Below, in pieces: positions 49,252 to 58,112 of a DNA stretch of 64,000 nucleotides. Under the pieces are notes generated by a model. The model did no database searches. It saw nothing but the letters and a program-made list of their open reading frames with translations, and was not told where the DNA came from. This DNA is from Candidatus Bathyarchaeota archaeon. GTDB taxonomy: Archaea > Thermoproteota > Bathyarchaeia > Hecatellales > Hecatellaceae. The stretch spans positions 206,652-270,651 of the forward strand of contig JBQPWD010000001.1 in NCBI GenBank assembly GCA_052246995.1, in the 5' to 3' direction. The translations under genes were made by a program, and so were the position numbers. How positions within the stretch are numbered: position 1 is the stretch's first letter; the number at the start of each line of letters is the position of its first letter.

Positions 49252-50205
49252 TTAAGCTTTTTTTACTCCAAAAATGGATTCTTCTTCAAGATTTAAAAAA
49301 ACCTCTTCATCTTCTCCACACGTTAATACCACTTTTCTTTCTTTTGTAACTTTTCCTACAACACTAACCGTGTAACCTACCTTCCTAAGAACCTCAGAAC
49401 ATTTTTCCGGATTTTTTGTTGAAAAAATAAAGCTAAACGACGGATAGATGGTAAGCCATGTATTTAACCCAACATCTTTGGGTTTAGGTATCCTGGAAAC
49501 ATCAAGTTTTACCCCGACCATGCTTGATTCACAAAGCATGGCTATACTGCCGACAATTCCTGGAGAACTTATGTCCCTTGACGCGCTTACAATAGATTTT
49601 TCTGTAAGGCTGATTACACCTTTAATAAGTTTTTGAATTTTTTCTGAAGACTTGTTTGTTACAGAATCAAAACATTTAACCCAACCTTTTTCTACGTAGG
49701 CTCCATCAAGGTCAACAGCCAAAACAAGGCTATCTCCTGGCTTAGCAGCACTACTTGGTATAACCTTTTTTGCTAAACCAACAACAGCAGCATCAACAGA
49801 ATCATAATTAGAATCGGGGTGTGTATGAATTTTTAAGATTTTTAACCTATATTTTTCGAGAGCATCCCTAATACCTTCAACTATTCTTCTACGTATTTCT
49901 GGGGATTTTGATGAAATTACACCTAAATAACCCACAGGTTTTGCACCCTTCGCGATAATATCATTAACATTAACAAGGACGGAGAAAAAACCTGCAATCC
50001 ACGAGTCGGCTTTTGTAAGTTCTTCGGTTATTCCATCTACTGATGCAACAACTTTATACTTGCCAACATTAAACCATCCTGCATCGTCAAAACTACATTT
50101 AATATTAAATATTTTAACAAGCTCACCTATACATGCTTTCCTTGTAAATCCCCTGTAAAGCTTTGCGGTACTGGTAATTTCTTTTAAAAAGTTTTTTTCA
50201 GTCAA
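49252..50205 (-). CDS. AIR-synthase-related (PurM/HypE superfamily) protein, methanogenesis-marker-2-like
   Basis: PurM-like N-domain (VASVDGITEE...) and C-domain pattern (DISSPGIVGSIAMLCESS); 317 aa. The size and context fit the methanogen-specific PurM-like marker protein. Confidence 0.6.
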   Translation of the reverse strand: MTEKNFLKEITSTAKLYRGFTRKACIGELVKIFNIKCSFDDAGWFNVGKYKVVASVDGITEELTKADSWIAGFFSVLVNVNDIIAKGAKPVGYLGVISSKSPEIRRRIVEGIRDALEKYRLKILKIHTHPDSNYDSVDAAVVGLAKKVIPSSAAKPGDSLVLAVDLDGAYVEKGWVKCFDSVTNKSSEKIQKLIKGVISLTEKSIVSASRDISSPGIVGSIAMLCESSMVGVKLDVSRIPKPKDVGLNTWLTIYPSFSFIFSTKNPEKCSEVLRKVGYTVSVVGKVTKERKVVLTCGEDEEVFLNLEEESIFGVKKA

Positions 50206-50420
50206 AGTTACCCACCAATCGCCTAGAAATTCTTTAATAGCCTTAATACTACTTGCATGTTTTAAATTTAAAAAATTTCACCTATTGCTAACTCCGAAAA
50301 AATGGAATTTTCCAACAAATTTATTTCACACTTGTCTCCAGAATTTAAGTAGAGAAAGTAAACACGCTTTAAATTCATTTTTTTTAACGAAATGAAAAAT
50401 CTATGGTGAGGGTTTAACAC

Positions 50421-50891
50421 TTGAAAACCTTCAAGATTGAGGAGTTAACAGAAAAAGATGCTGAAGAAATTGAGCTTTTGTTTAAGGAGGTTTGGCCTAA
50501 CGCGCTGGAGTATCCTCAAGAGTGGAGGAAAAAAAGGTGTTTAACAAAATCTGAAATTATTAATGAAATGCGTAAAGGGTACCATTATTTTGGAGTGAAA
50601 ATTAATGGTAAAATTGTTGGACTGTATAAGTTGAGTATTGAAGGGGATACATGTTTTGGAGAGCACCAAACAGTTCATCCATCCTACCGTGGAGCAGGGT
50701 TAGCTTCAGCAATGTATGAACATTTTATCGATTATGCTAAGAAAAATGGCTATAAGAAGGTGCGTGTTAACATTCTCTTAGCAAACATCCCAAGCATTAA
50801 GTGTGTTGAAAAATTTGGTTTTCATAAAAAGGGTGCTCCATATGAACAGTCTAAGGGTATGTTGGTGCAAATGTATGAAAAAGAGGTTTAA
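50421..50891 (+). CDS. GNAT family N-acetyltransferase
   Basis: Motif A region (HPSYRGAGLASAM) of the GNAT fold; 156 aa. Confidence 0.7.
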   Translation: MKTFKIEELTEKDAEEIELLFKEVWPNALEYPQEWRKKRCLTKSEIINEMRKGYHYFGVKINGKIVGLYKLSIEGDTCFGEHQTVHPSYRGAGLASAMYEHFIDYAKKNGYKKVRVNILLANIPSIKCVEKFGFHKKGAPYEQSKGMLVQMYEKEV

Positions 50892-50946
50892 TCAGGGAAA
50901 TTCTTCTCTACTGAAAAATTTTATAAATTAAATTTTTTGTGATAAT

Positions 50947-52083
50947 TTACAAACCATACTTTAAAGCTTCTTTTAGCGGAGAGCAGGCACTACAACGAAC
51001 ACAGCCAGCCTTATTTAGCTCTAATCTTAAACCATACCGTCTTATAGCCGAAGAAGTGTTTTCCAAGATTTTTAAAACATAGTTAGGATTGGGTGGAGGA
51101 TGCTTCTCCATTTTTGTTGCTGGTAGGGGTCTAAATGGAACTATAAGTGGAATTACTCCTAAACTACAAACCTTGTCAAGCATACTGGAAAAAGCTTTTT
51201 CATCCTCACCTAAACCTGCTAAAATCATGCTATCAACTTGATTTTCTCCAAAAACTTCTAAAGCTTTTTTCCAAGCTTTAAAATATTCTTCCACGCTTAC
51301 AGAAGCTTTACCAGGACAAACAGCTTTTCTGACATTTTCATCCAAGCTTTCAACATGAATACCAATAGTGTCAGCACCTGCCTCGTAAAGCTTTTCAATG
51401 TCTGAGAGATTTTTTGGAGGTTCAATCTGAATATGAACTGGTATGCCAGTAGCCTTTTTTATTTCCCTTAAAAATGGGATGTAAAGTTTGCACCCTCTGT
51501 CGGGAGTATTAATCGAACCTGAAGTTAAAGTTACATGTTTACAGAAGTTGTTTCTTTCCGCCTCTAAAATGGCTTCAACAATATGTTTGGGGTTTTTTAC
51601 TGACAAAATTTTTTCCCCGTGTTTCTTAATATTTTGCTGAATTGCACAAAAACCACATTCCTTTCCATCAAACCAGTAAAAACAGTACTTGTTTATTGTT
51701 GTTGCAACAACATCAAATCCGTGAATTGCGATAATTTTCCAAAAAGGTATGCCGTCAGAAGTTTTATCATCAAGAAATTTTAACCTTTCAATCATGAAGA
51801 TTTTTGTTAAAGGTTTATTGTCCGTATAAAGCATGTATTCCCCAAAAGGATAAACATCTTTAATTTTCTTGACATGGTAAGGTGAAAATGAAGTAAAAAA
51901 ACCTTGAAACGGTGTATTTACAATGACATTTCTACCATACCCTGGAAAAAACACGTATCTTCCACCACTAGGCCCAGCACCACCAACTCTACCTAAATCT
52001 ATCCCATCCTCAGCTTTAACCCCTCTACATAAAAGTTCAACCTTTAATCTTGTTATACCTTTAACCTGTAAATTCGAATACAA
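50947..52083 (-). CDS. Fe-S / radical-SAM-like protein with non-canonical CX8CX2C cysteine triad
   Basis: KYCFYWFDGKECGFCAIQQ (C-x8-C-x2-C), a downstream TIM-barrel-like pattern (HVTLTSGS, ILAGLGE) and a C-terminal Cys pair (CVRCSACSP); 378 aa. Confidence 0.5.
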   Translation of the reverse strand: MYSNLQVKGITRLKVELLCRGVKAEDGIDLGRVGGAGPSGGRYVFFPGYGRNVIVNTPFQGFFTSFSPYHVKKIKDVYPFGEYMLYTDNKPLTKIFMIERLKFLDDKTSDGIPFWKIIAIHGFDVVATTINKYCFYWFDGKECGFCAIQQNIKKHGEKILSVKNPKHIVEAILEAERNNFCKHVTLTSGSINTPDRGCKLYIPFLREIKKATGIPVHIQIEPPKNLSDIEKLYEAGADTIGIHVESLDENVRKAVCPGKASVSVEEYFKAWKKALEVFGENQVDSMILAGLGEDEKAFSSMLDKVCSLGVIPLIVPFRPLPATKMEKHPPPNPNYVLKILENTSSAIRRYGLRLELNKAGCVRCSACSPLKEALKYGL

Positions 52084-52287
52084 CTTCTATTCATGATAAC
52101 TTTACACTTTCCACCATAAAAAGAATTGGTTGTTTGAAAAGTTACACACATTACGCTTACACGTAAGCAGGGATAGAATTTTTTACATTAGACAAAATTT
52201 AACAATAAAAGTGGTATGTCACAAAATCTTTAACAAAACAATATTTTTAACAGACGTGACCTCCTACTTTAATTGTGGGTGTAGAAG

Positions 52288-53868
52288 ATGGATGAGGAAA
52301 AAGAAGCATACATTCCGGTAGCTGTAGATGACATAGAGTACAAGGTATGTAAAGGTGCAAATTTAGGTGAATTGCTTAAAAAGGCAGGCATACCATACGT
52401 TAATCAACTAATTGTTGCAGTTTTAACAAGCAAGGAAAAAGAAGTTAAGGTGATAAAAAGCTATAAAATAAAAACAAGTAAAGGGGAATTAATTGTAAGA
52501 ATAAACGATGAAGTAGACCCTCAAATATGGATGGATGTTATCTCTAACTGTGAAAAATCAAGAGTTAGTTGGATTACCCCTAAAGCTGTTGCTTTTGGCT
52601 CGTTTAAAACAAGCTTAAAGGCGGTAGACAACTTTATCTCCTATGAAAAATGGGATGTAGGTTTAAGTTTAGCAGGAAAAGACTCATCGCATACACACAT
52701 TATAATCGCCAAAAAAAAGCATGAAGCCTCCTATATCCCACCTAAACAATATCCAATCCTTGGAAAAGTTGTTGCTGGGAGACATGTAATTGATAGTTTA
52801 GCTTTAAACGACGTTATAGAAAAAGTTGAACCGCTACCAACACGTGAAGAAACAGTTGACTCCCAGCTTATTGAAAGAATACCCTCCACGGATTGGAGAA
52901 TTCTTGAGCCTGTGAAAATTTATACTCACCTAAAAATTAAGGTTTACGAGGAAGCTGCAAGTAGTATTGAACATTTCTATTCAACATTTCAAGATGAAGG
53001 TATATTAGAAGTTAGTGATGTTGCATCAAGCTATGTTTGCTGTGAAAAAAACGTTGTCAAGCTTACACAAGAAAATACGGTTAGAAGGGCTTTAGGTACG
53101 GTTACCGTTAGGAATACTGGGGAAAAAAATGGTGCAATTTTTATCTATAAAAGGGATAGACCCCCCAGCAACTCACATAATGTTGTAGGGTTTGTTGAAA
53201 AAGGGTTTGAACTGCTTAGTGTCTCCAAGAAGGGTGATAAAATTATGGTTAAAGTTGAACCTAAAAGTGCGGATGTTTTAGGTTTAACTCAAAGTGAAGC
53301 TGAAAAAAAGCTTTTAAGTCTCTCACTGAAACAGGAAAGATGCTGGGATGTTGATGATAAGGCAGTTGTTGTCGAGCAAGAACCACTACTTACGGTTGAG
53401 GCGTATAAGAAAAAGGTTGTTAAAACCTATGGGGTTAACCCGAAGGAAATAGTTAAAATAAGAGTTTATGATGAGGCAACGAGAACTGCAAAATACTTAA
53501 GGATTGCAAGCGGTCTATTATATCGTAAGATAGGCAGGTTAAAGGTATTTTTTGCAATGTCCGGTACAGAATTTATTTTACTTCGCGAGAATCCATATCC
53601 TTTCCAAATTTTTGAAAGAATAGAACTTGAAAAGCTTCTTCTTCCAGAAAAAACCCCCAAAGATTTTGTTGATAATTTTGAGGTAGGCGTAACAAACAAT
53701 GTAAGGAAAAATGTTGGGTTAATCGGTGTAAGACTTAAATCAAGCAACCAGTTTGGACCTACAGGAGAAAAGTTTAGCGGAACAAACCTAGTTGGGAGGG
53801 TTGTCGAGGGATTCGAGGTTTTAAGTAAACTTAAGGAGAGGGATAGGGTGTATTTTATGGAGGTTTAG
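52288..53868 (+). CDS. Methanogenesis marker protein 3-like (large conserved MCR-activation-associated protein)
   Basis: 526-aa soluble protein. Its size and its position next to Mmp7-like and Mmp15-like genes match the conserved MCR activation gene cluster; the assignment is from memory, not a search. Confidence 0.45.
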   Translation: MDEEKEAYIPVAVDDIEYKVCKGANLGELLKKAGIPYVNQLIVAVLTSKEKEVKVIKSYKIKTSKGELIVRINDEVDPQIWMDVISNCEKSRVSWITPKAVAFGSFKTSLKAVDNFISYEKWDVGLSLAGKDSSHTHIIIAKKKHEASYIPPKQYPILGKVVAGRHVIDSLALNDVIEKVEPLPTREETVDSQLIERIPSTDWRILEPVKIYTHLKIKVYEEAASSIEHFYSTFQDEGILEVSDVASSYVCCEKNVVKLTQENTVRRALGTVTVRNTGEKNGAIFIYKRDRPPSNSHNVVGFVEKGFELLSVSKKGDKIMVKVEPKSADVLGLTQSEAEKKLLSLSLKQERCWDVDDKAVVVEQEPLLTVEAYKKKVVKTYGVNPKEIVKIRVYDEATRTAKYLRIASGLLYRKIGRLKVFFAMSGTEFILLRENPYPFQIFERIELEKLLLPEKTPKDFVDNFEVGVTNNVRKNVGLIGVRLKSSNQFGPTGEKFSGTNLVGRVVEGFEVLSKLKERDRVYFMEV

Positions 53869-53917
53869 TTGTTATTTTTCCAAATAAACAGCTTAATTAA
53901 TAAGGTGCGAAGTTCTT

Positions 53918-54349
53918 ATGAAAAAGATAGATGAAGTAACTTACGTGGTTGTTTTATCATCAAACTCAACGTTAACTCCAAAGCATCTTATTCATAAGGT
54001 TGCAGTTTTAGCGTTACCTGTAACTGTTAAAGAAACATGTTACGGTATACTAATTGAAGGTAAAAAAGATGACGTTGAAAGTGTTGTTAATGAGGTTAGA
54101 AAGCTTGACCCGGAAAAAATCTTTGTTAAACTTAGAGGTTTTCCTAGTGGAGACCGGAGAATTTGTAGGTCTAGTAGGGGTGGTGGAAGTAGACTAGGTT
54201 TTCAACAGTTAGAGGCAGAGTCTAAATTATTACCGTTAATTTCCAAAGGTCTTAAAAATATGTCCTCACATCATGAGGAAGTATTGGAAAAGGAAGAAAA
54301 ATTTCTTCCAGTTGCCAAACTAAAAAAAATAATTGAAAAGGAAGCTTAA
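53918..54349 (+). CDS. Small methanogenesis-marker-like protein (143 aa; Mmp5/6/17 size class)
   Basis: Position inside the Mmp cluster; no motif assignable. Confidence 0.35.
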   Translation: MKKIDEVTYVVVLSSNSTLTPKHLIHKVAVLALPVTVKETCYGILIEGKKDDVESVVNEVRKLDPEKIFVKLRGFPSGDRRICRSSRGGGSRLGFQQLEAESKLLPLISKGLKNMSSHHEEVLEKEEKFLPVAKLKKIIEKEA

Positions 54350-54396
54350 AAATTGTGTTTAAACATTTACCTCAATTTTTTAAAAAAGAATTTTAG

Positions 54397-54954
54397 GTGA
54401 ACTGGATGAAAATAACGGTTAAATGCGAAGACGTGGTTGGAGCAAAACTATATGAAGAAATTATAAAAGAGAATATCCGGATGTATAGAATACCATTTAA
54501 AAAAATTTACGTGTATATAGATGCTAAAACACCACTATCTATTAGCTGTGTTTCTTGGTCGGAAAAACCAAAGTTAACTTTAAGTGAAATGGCTGAAATC
54601 GAAGCTTGCTCTGAGGGGGCCAAGGTAGTGTTAAAAGAAGATTTTAAGAACTATTTAGATGAAATATGCGGGTTTTTGAAGAGAGCCTATGGTGAAGAAA
54701 ATATTGAGATAAGAGACAACTCAATGATAGTTAAGGATGTTAAAACTCAAGATCTAGAAAGCTTCTTTATACCAAGTTCCTCCACTGAGGATGTTAATGT
54801 TATCATAAATTTTTTAAGAAGAATTTTGCCTGAAGGTTTTAGAATTTGTAGGATTCTACAGAAAAATAATAAACTAGCATTAATTGCCTCTGAAGATACT
54901 ATAAAAGATGAGTGGATTAAAAAAGCTGACCAAATGTTATCTGGTGAAGATTAG
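54397..54954 (+). CDS. Small methanogenesis-marker-like protein (185 aa; Mmp17 size class)
   Basis: Lies in the Mmp cluster immediately upstream of, and overlapping the start of, the Mmp7-like gene. Confidence 0.35.
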   Translation: MNWMKITVKCEDVVGAKLYEEIIKENIRMYRIPFKKIYVYIDAKTPLSISCVSWSEKPKLTLSEMAEIEACSEGAKVVLKEDFKNYLDEICGFLKRAYGEENIEIRDNSMIVKDVKTQDLESFFIPSSSTEDVNVIINFLRRILPEGFRICRILQKNNKLALIASEDTIKDEWIKKADQMLSGED

Positions 54955-55881
54955 TTGCCTGAAACCTTTAAATACATGATTTTTGAGGGAGGGTTGCATA
55001 AACAAAACATTCTCCTTGATTTTATTGAAGATGTTGGAGGGGTAATTTTACAAAAAAGTGTTATAGGTTTAGATCTTGTTGTATTTTTTGCAATCTCCTC
55101 AGAAGAAATAGAACGTGTAGAGGAAATAGCCTCACTTCTAGGTGGAAAGGTGAGAGAAGCCCCCTTAGTTGGATGTGAAATAGCGCTCGTGTCACCAAGT
55201 ATATCTCGGCATCACCTTCCACATCCAGTTTGCGACATATCAGAGTATTTAAGAAGATATGGTGCAAAAGTAGACGTGGTTGGTTTAGCTCAGGGCGTTG
55301 GGCAGAGAATAGCTAGGTTAAACAAGGATGAAAAAGAGATTATAGAAGAACACGAGTTAGCAATATTTGTTCTAGGAAACTTTGAATACTGCTTACTTAA
55401 CAAGAAGTATAATTTATACAAAGACTTAGACATACCTGTAATTGTTACAGGTGCACCTTTTCTTCCAAGCGTTCCTTATGCCTACGCCTATGTTGGCGGC
55501 CTTGGACGTATACCCCGTAGGTTGAAGTCATCAGAAACTGTAGCAAGACTTGAAGATGTTGTAAAGGTTGCATCAAGTTGCTTAGAAAATCTACGTAGAG
55601 AAATATCTTTAGATCCATTACCAGTTCATCCTGTTCTCGTTAAACAAGAGATTGAAAGACAAATGAGTGATTTTTTTAGTGATTCATCACTTTCACCTGT
55701 TACATTAAAGGTTGATGGTGTCCGTGTAGAACTAGACTACAAAAAGTTTGTTAACAAGATTGGAAACATCGATATTGGGAATAGAAAGCTTAGGGAGATA
55801 GCGGAAATTAAGGCTTCAGTTATGAGAAGACATATTCTTGTTAAAATTCTTCCAGAATCTGTCGTTGGAACAGTATTTTGA
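54955..55881 (+). CDS. Methanogenesis marker protein 7-like
   Basis: A 308-aa protein in the Mmp cluster. Size and context match Mmp7, a component of the MCR activation complex. Confidence 0.45.
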   Translation: MPETFKYMIFEGGLHKQNILLDFIEDVGGVILQKSVIGLDLVVFFAISSEEIERVEEIASLLGGKVREAPLVGCEIALVSPSISRHHLPHPVCDISEYLRRYGAKVDVVGLAQGVGQRIARLNKDEKEIIEEHELAIFVLGNFEYCLLNKKYNLYKDLDIPVIVTGAPFLPSVPYAYAYVGGLGRIPRRLKSSETVARLEDVVKVASSCLENLRREISLDPLPVHPVLVKQEIERQMSDFFSDSSLSPVTLKVDGVRVELDYKKFVNKIGNIDIGNRKLREIAEIKASVMRRHILVKILPESVVGTVF

Positions 55882-55950
55882 AAACCTTAATTATAAGATA
55901 CAAAATTAATTCTATCATCCTATTTATGAGTTAAAAATGAAGCTAACCTA

Positions 55951-57189
55951 CTAACGCGTAGACATTTCTTTTACGCTTGAAGCTAAAACAGCTGCACCAA
56001 CGGCTCCAGCATAGTGTGAATAATTTGGAACTATTACTTTCACCTTAAGAATGTCTTCAAAAGCTTTTGTTAACCCTTCAATCAGCGAGGTTCCGCCAAC
56101 TTGAATTACTGGTTCCCTTATATCAACCTCCTGTAGCTGCTGTTCAAAAAACTGCTTAGCCACACTATAGCAAGCTGCAGCAGCAACATCTTCTCTTCGG
56201 GCACCTGCAGCTAAAGCTGATGCTAAATCTTGTATACCAAAGACTATGCAGTAGGCGTTCATGGAAATCTTGTAAAAATCTCCATCTAATGCAAGCTTAC
56301 CCAGTGTTTCAACGTTAACCCCTAACCTAGAGGCAACTACCTCAAGAAATTTGCCGGACGCACCTGCACATATCCCGCCAACGCTAAATCCATCAGGAAT
56401 ACCGTCAAACGTGGTAATAGCCTTATTGTCAGTTCCACCAAGGTCTATTGTTAAAGCTTCACCTTCCTGCCTACCAGCAAGGTAGGTGGAGCCTTTAGCA
56501 CATACTGTAACTTCTTCTAAAGCTATGTCAGCATTAAAAGCTTTTTTAAGTAAAAATCTTCCATAACCAGTTACTCCAATAGAGTCAACTTTACTTAGAT
56601 TTATACCTGCTTTTTTGAACAACTCGTCTAAAACTTTTTCACTACTTTTTAAAATATCCGTTGTTGGAAGCCAATAATGTGTTACTATTTCACCATCATT
56701 CATTATTACCCCCTTAGTCATGGTCGACCCGGAATCTACTCCCACAGTTAACCCTTTATGTTTTTTTCTTGCTAAAATCGTGCGATACCTTATCATATTT
56801 GACAGGGCTTCCATCCTTAAAAATAGTGTTCCAGATTTTGTTCTTTCGGTGAAAGAATAGGAAAGGATAGGTATTCTCAGATTTTGCTGTAAACTTTTTC
56901 TTATAATACTTCTAATAATGCTCCCCTCAGCGCAGCGAAAGCAAGTTAAAACGATTACACCGTCAATGTTGTAATTACCCTCAATAAGGGATTTTGTCCG
57001 GGCTAAAGCAACCTTTAAACCGTTACTTGACGGGGAAAAACCGAAGTAGGATTCTACCTTTAAAACATCATCTAATGATATATCAGGTATGATAAGTTGC
57101 ATATCAACAAGTTTAGCAGCTTCCTCAATCTCTTTTTGTATGCCACTATACTCGGTTCCACAAGAAATTTGAGCCACGCGGACACTCAT
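55951..57189 (-). CDS. Methanogenesis marker protein 15-like (BadF/BcrA/HgdC-type ASKHA ATPase with N-terminal extra domain)
   Basis: C-terminal ASKHA ATPase (GLTVGVDSGSTMTKGVIM, LTIDLGGTDNKA, IQVGGTS) follows a roughly 130-aa N-terminal domain with CGTEYSG...CFRCAEG cysteines; 412 aa. Confidence 0.6.
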   Translation of the reverse strand: MSVRVAQISCGTEYSGIQKEIEEAAKLVDMQLIIPDISLDDVLKVESYFGFSPSSNGLKVALARTKSLIEGNYNIDGVIVLTCFRCAEGSIIRSIIRKSLQQNLRIPILSYSFTERTKSGTLFLRMEALSNMIRYRTILARKKHKGLTVGVDSGSTMTKGVIMNDGEIVTHYWLPTTDILKSSEKVLDELFKKAGINLSKVDSIGVTGYGRFLLKKAFNADIALEEVTVCAKGSTYLAGRQEGEALTIDLGGTDNKAITTFDGIPDGFSVGGICAGASGKFLEVVASRLGVNVETLGKLALDGDFYKISMNAYCIVFGIQDLASALAAGARREDVAAAACYSVAKQFFEQQLQEVDIREPVIQVGGTSLIEGLTKAFEDILKVKVIVPNYSHYAGAVGAAVLASSVKEMSTR

Positions 57190-57203
57190 GATTTTTAACC
57201 TTT

Positions 57204-57641
57204 TTAATCAAGACCTTTTAAGAAGTTAAATATCTTTTTAACAAAAGATGCAGCTTCAACTTCATTTGCCGGGTATTTTAAAACTAGTTTTGGTATCTTT
57301 CTTTCATGAATCAGATGCATTATGGCCTCATTTGTCCTTGCACAGCCTGAACATCCAAAAGCAAGGTCAACATCATTTACTATTATTGCAGCATCAGCCT
57401 TCTCTATAAGGGGACCTATAAGTGCAAGTCTACCTCTAACCCCCGATGGAGCCTCAACTGTACAGTATTTTAAGCCTTTAATAGGCTCCTCTGGAGTTAT
57501 GTTGTACGGTGGTGAATCTATCTCAGGATCTCTAACTCTTTCATGGATTTCACTCATCATGGCAAGCGGTTCATGTCCAAACCTTTTTACTAGGTCGTAA
57601 AGTATGAGGCTGTTAACAGGAAAGATGAAAACCCTCTTCAT
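57204..57641 (-). CDS. Small methanogenesis-marker-like protein (145 aa; Mmp5/6 size class)
   Basis: Probably co-transcribed with the Mmp15-like gene; contains FGCSGCARTNEAI. Confidence 0.35.
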   Translation of the reverse strand: MKRVFIFPVNSLILYDLVKRFGHEPLAMMSEIHERVRDPEIDSPPYNITPEEPIKGLKYCTVEAPSGVRGRLALIGPLIEKADAAIIVNDVDLAFGCSGCARTNEAIMHLIHERKIPKLVLKYPANEVEAASFVKKIFNFLKGLD

Positions 57642-57691
57642 GTTAGATTACCATGCAAATAACCCTGCTTATTGCTAACGGTAATTAGATG

Positions 57692-58108
57692 TTACTGCTT
57701 AACTTTAAGTTTTATTTCATCACAAATACATTCCTTTCCAGTTATAAGTTCAGCATCTCCGCCGCATTTAGGACATGTTAATGTGACAACAAGCGTGTTG
57801 TCACATTGAACACAAGTTAAACTTGAAAGATGCATTAAACCTGGACTTTCCGTAACCTTAGTTGGAGAATACTCGTACCAGCATTTTTTACACTTACATG
57901 TTGCCTTAACTTCTTGAATTGTTATTTTCATGTTTTCAGCTTTTGAACCCTTACATAACGTTGTAAGAGCAAATTTTAGATGGTCAATGTTAATTAAAGT
58001 TAATTCCCCTACTTTCAGCTTAACCTCTACAACAGCCGAAGCATTATTTTTTTCAGCTATGTCCATCACCAAGTTAAAAATGGATAGGGCTAGTGAAAGC
58101 TCATGCAA
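57692..58108 (-). CDS. HypA-like nickel-insertion/metallochaperone protein with expanded Cys-rich zinc domain
   Basis: A TTG start at 58108 gives (M)HELSLALSIFNLVMDIAEKNNASAVVEVKLKVGELTLINIDHLKFAL. This matches the HypA N-terminal MHE Ni-binding motif and helix. The C-terminus carries CKCKKC, CVQC, CPKCGG and CIC, more Cys pairs than the usual two CxxC of HypA. The upstream in-frame extension in the ORF track was rejected. Confidence 0.65.
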   Translation of the reverse strand: MHELSLALSIFNLVMDIAEKNNASAVVEVKLKVGELTLINIDHLKFALTTLCKGSKAENMKITIQEVKATCKCKKCWYEYSPTKVTESPGLMHLSSLTCVQCDNTLVVTLTCPKCGGDAELITGKECICDEIKLKVKQ

Positions 58109-58112
58109 ACCA

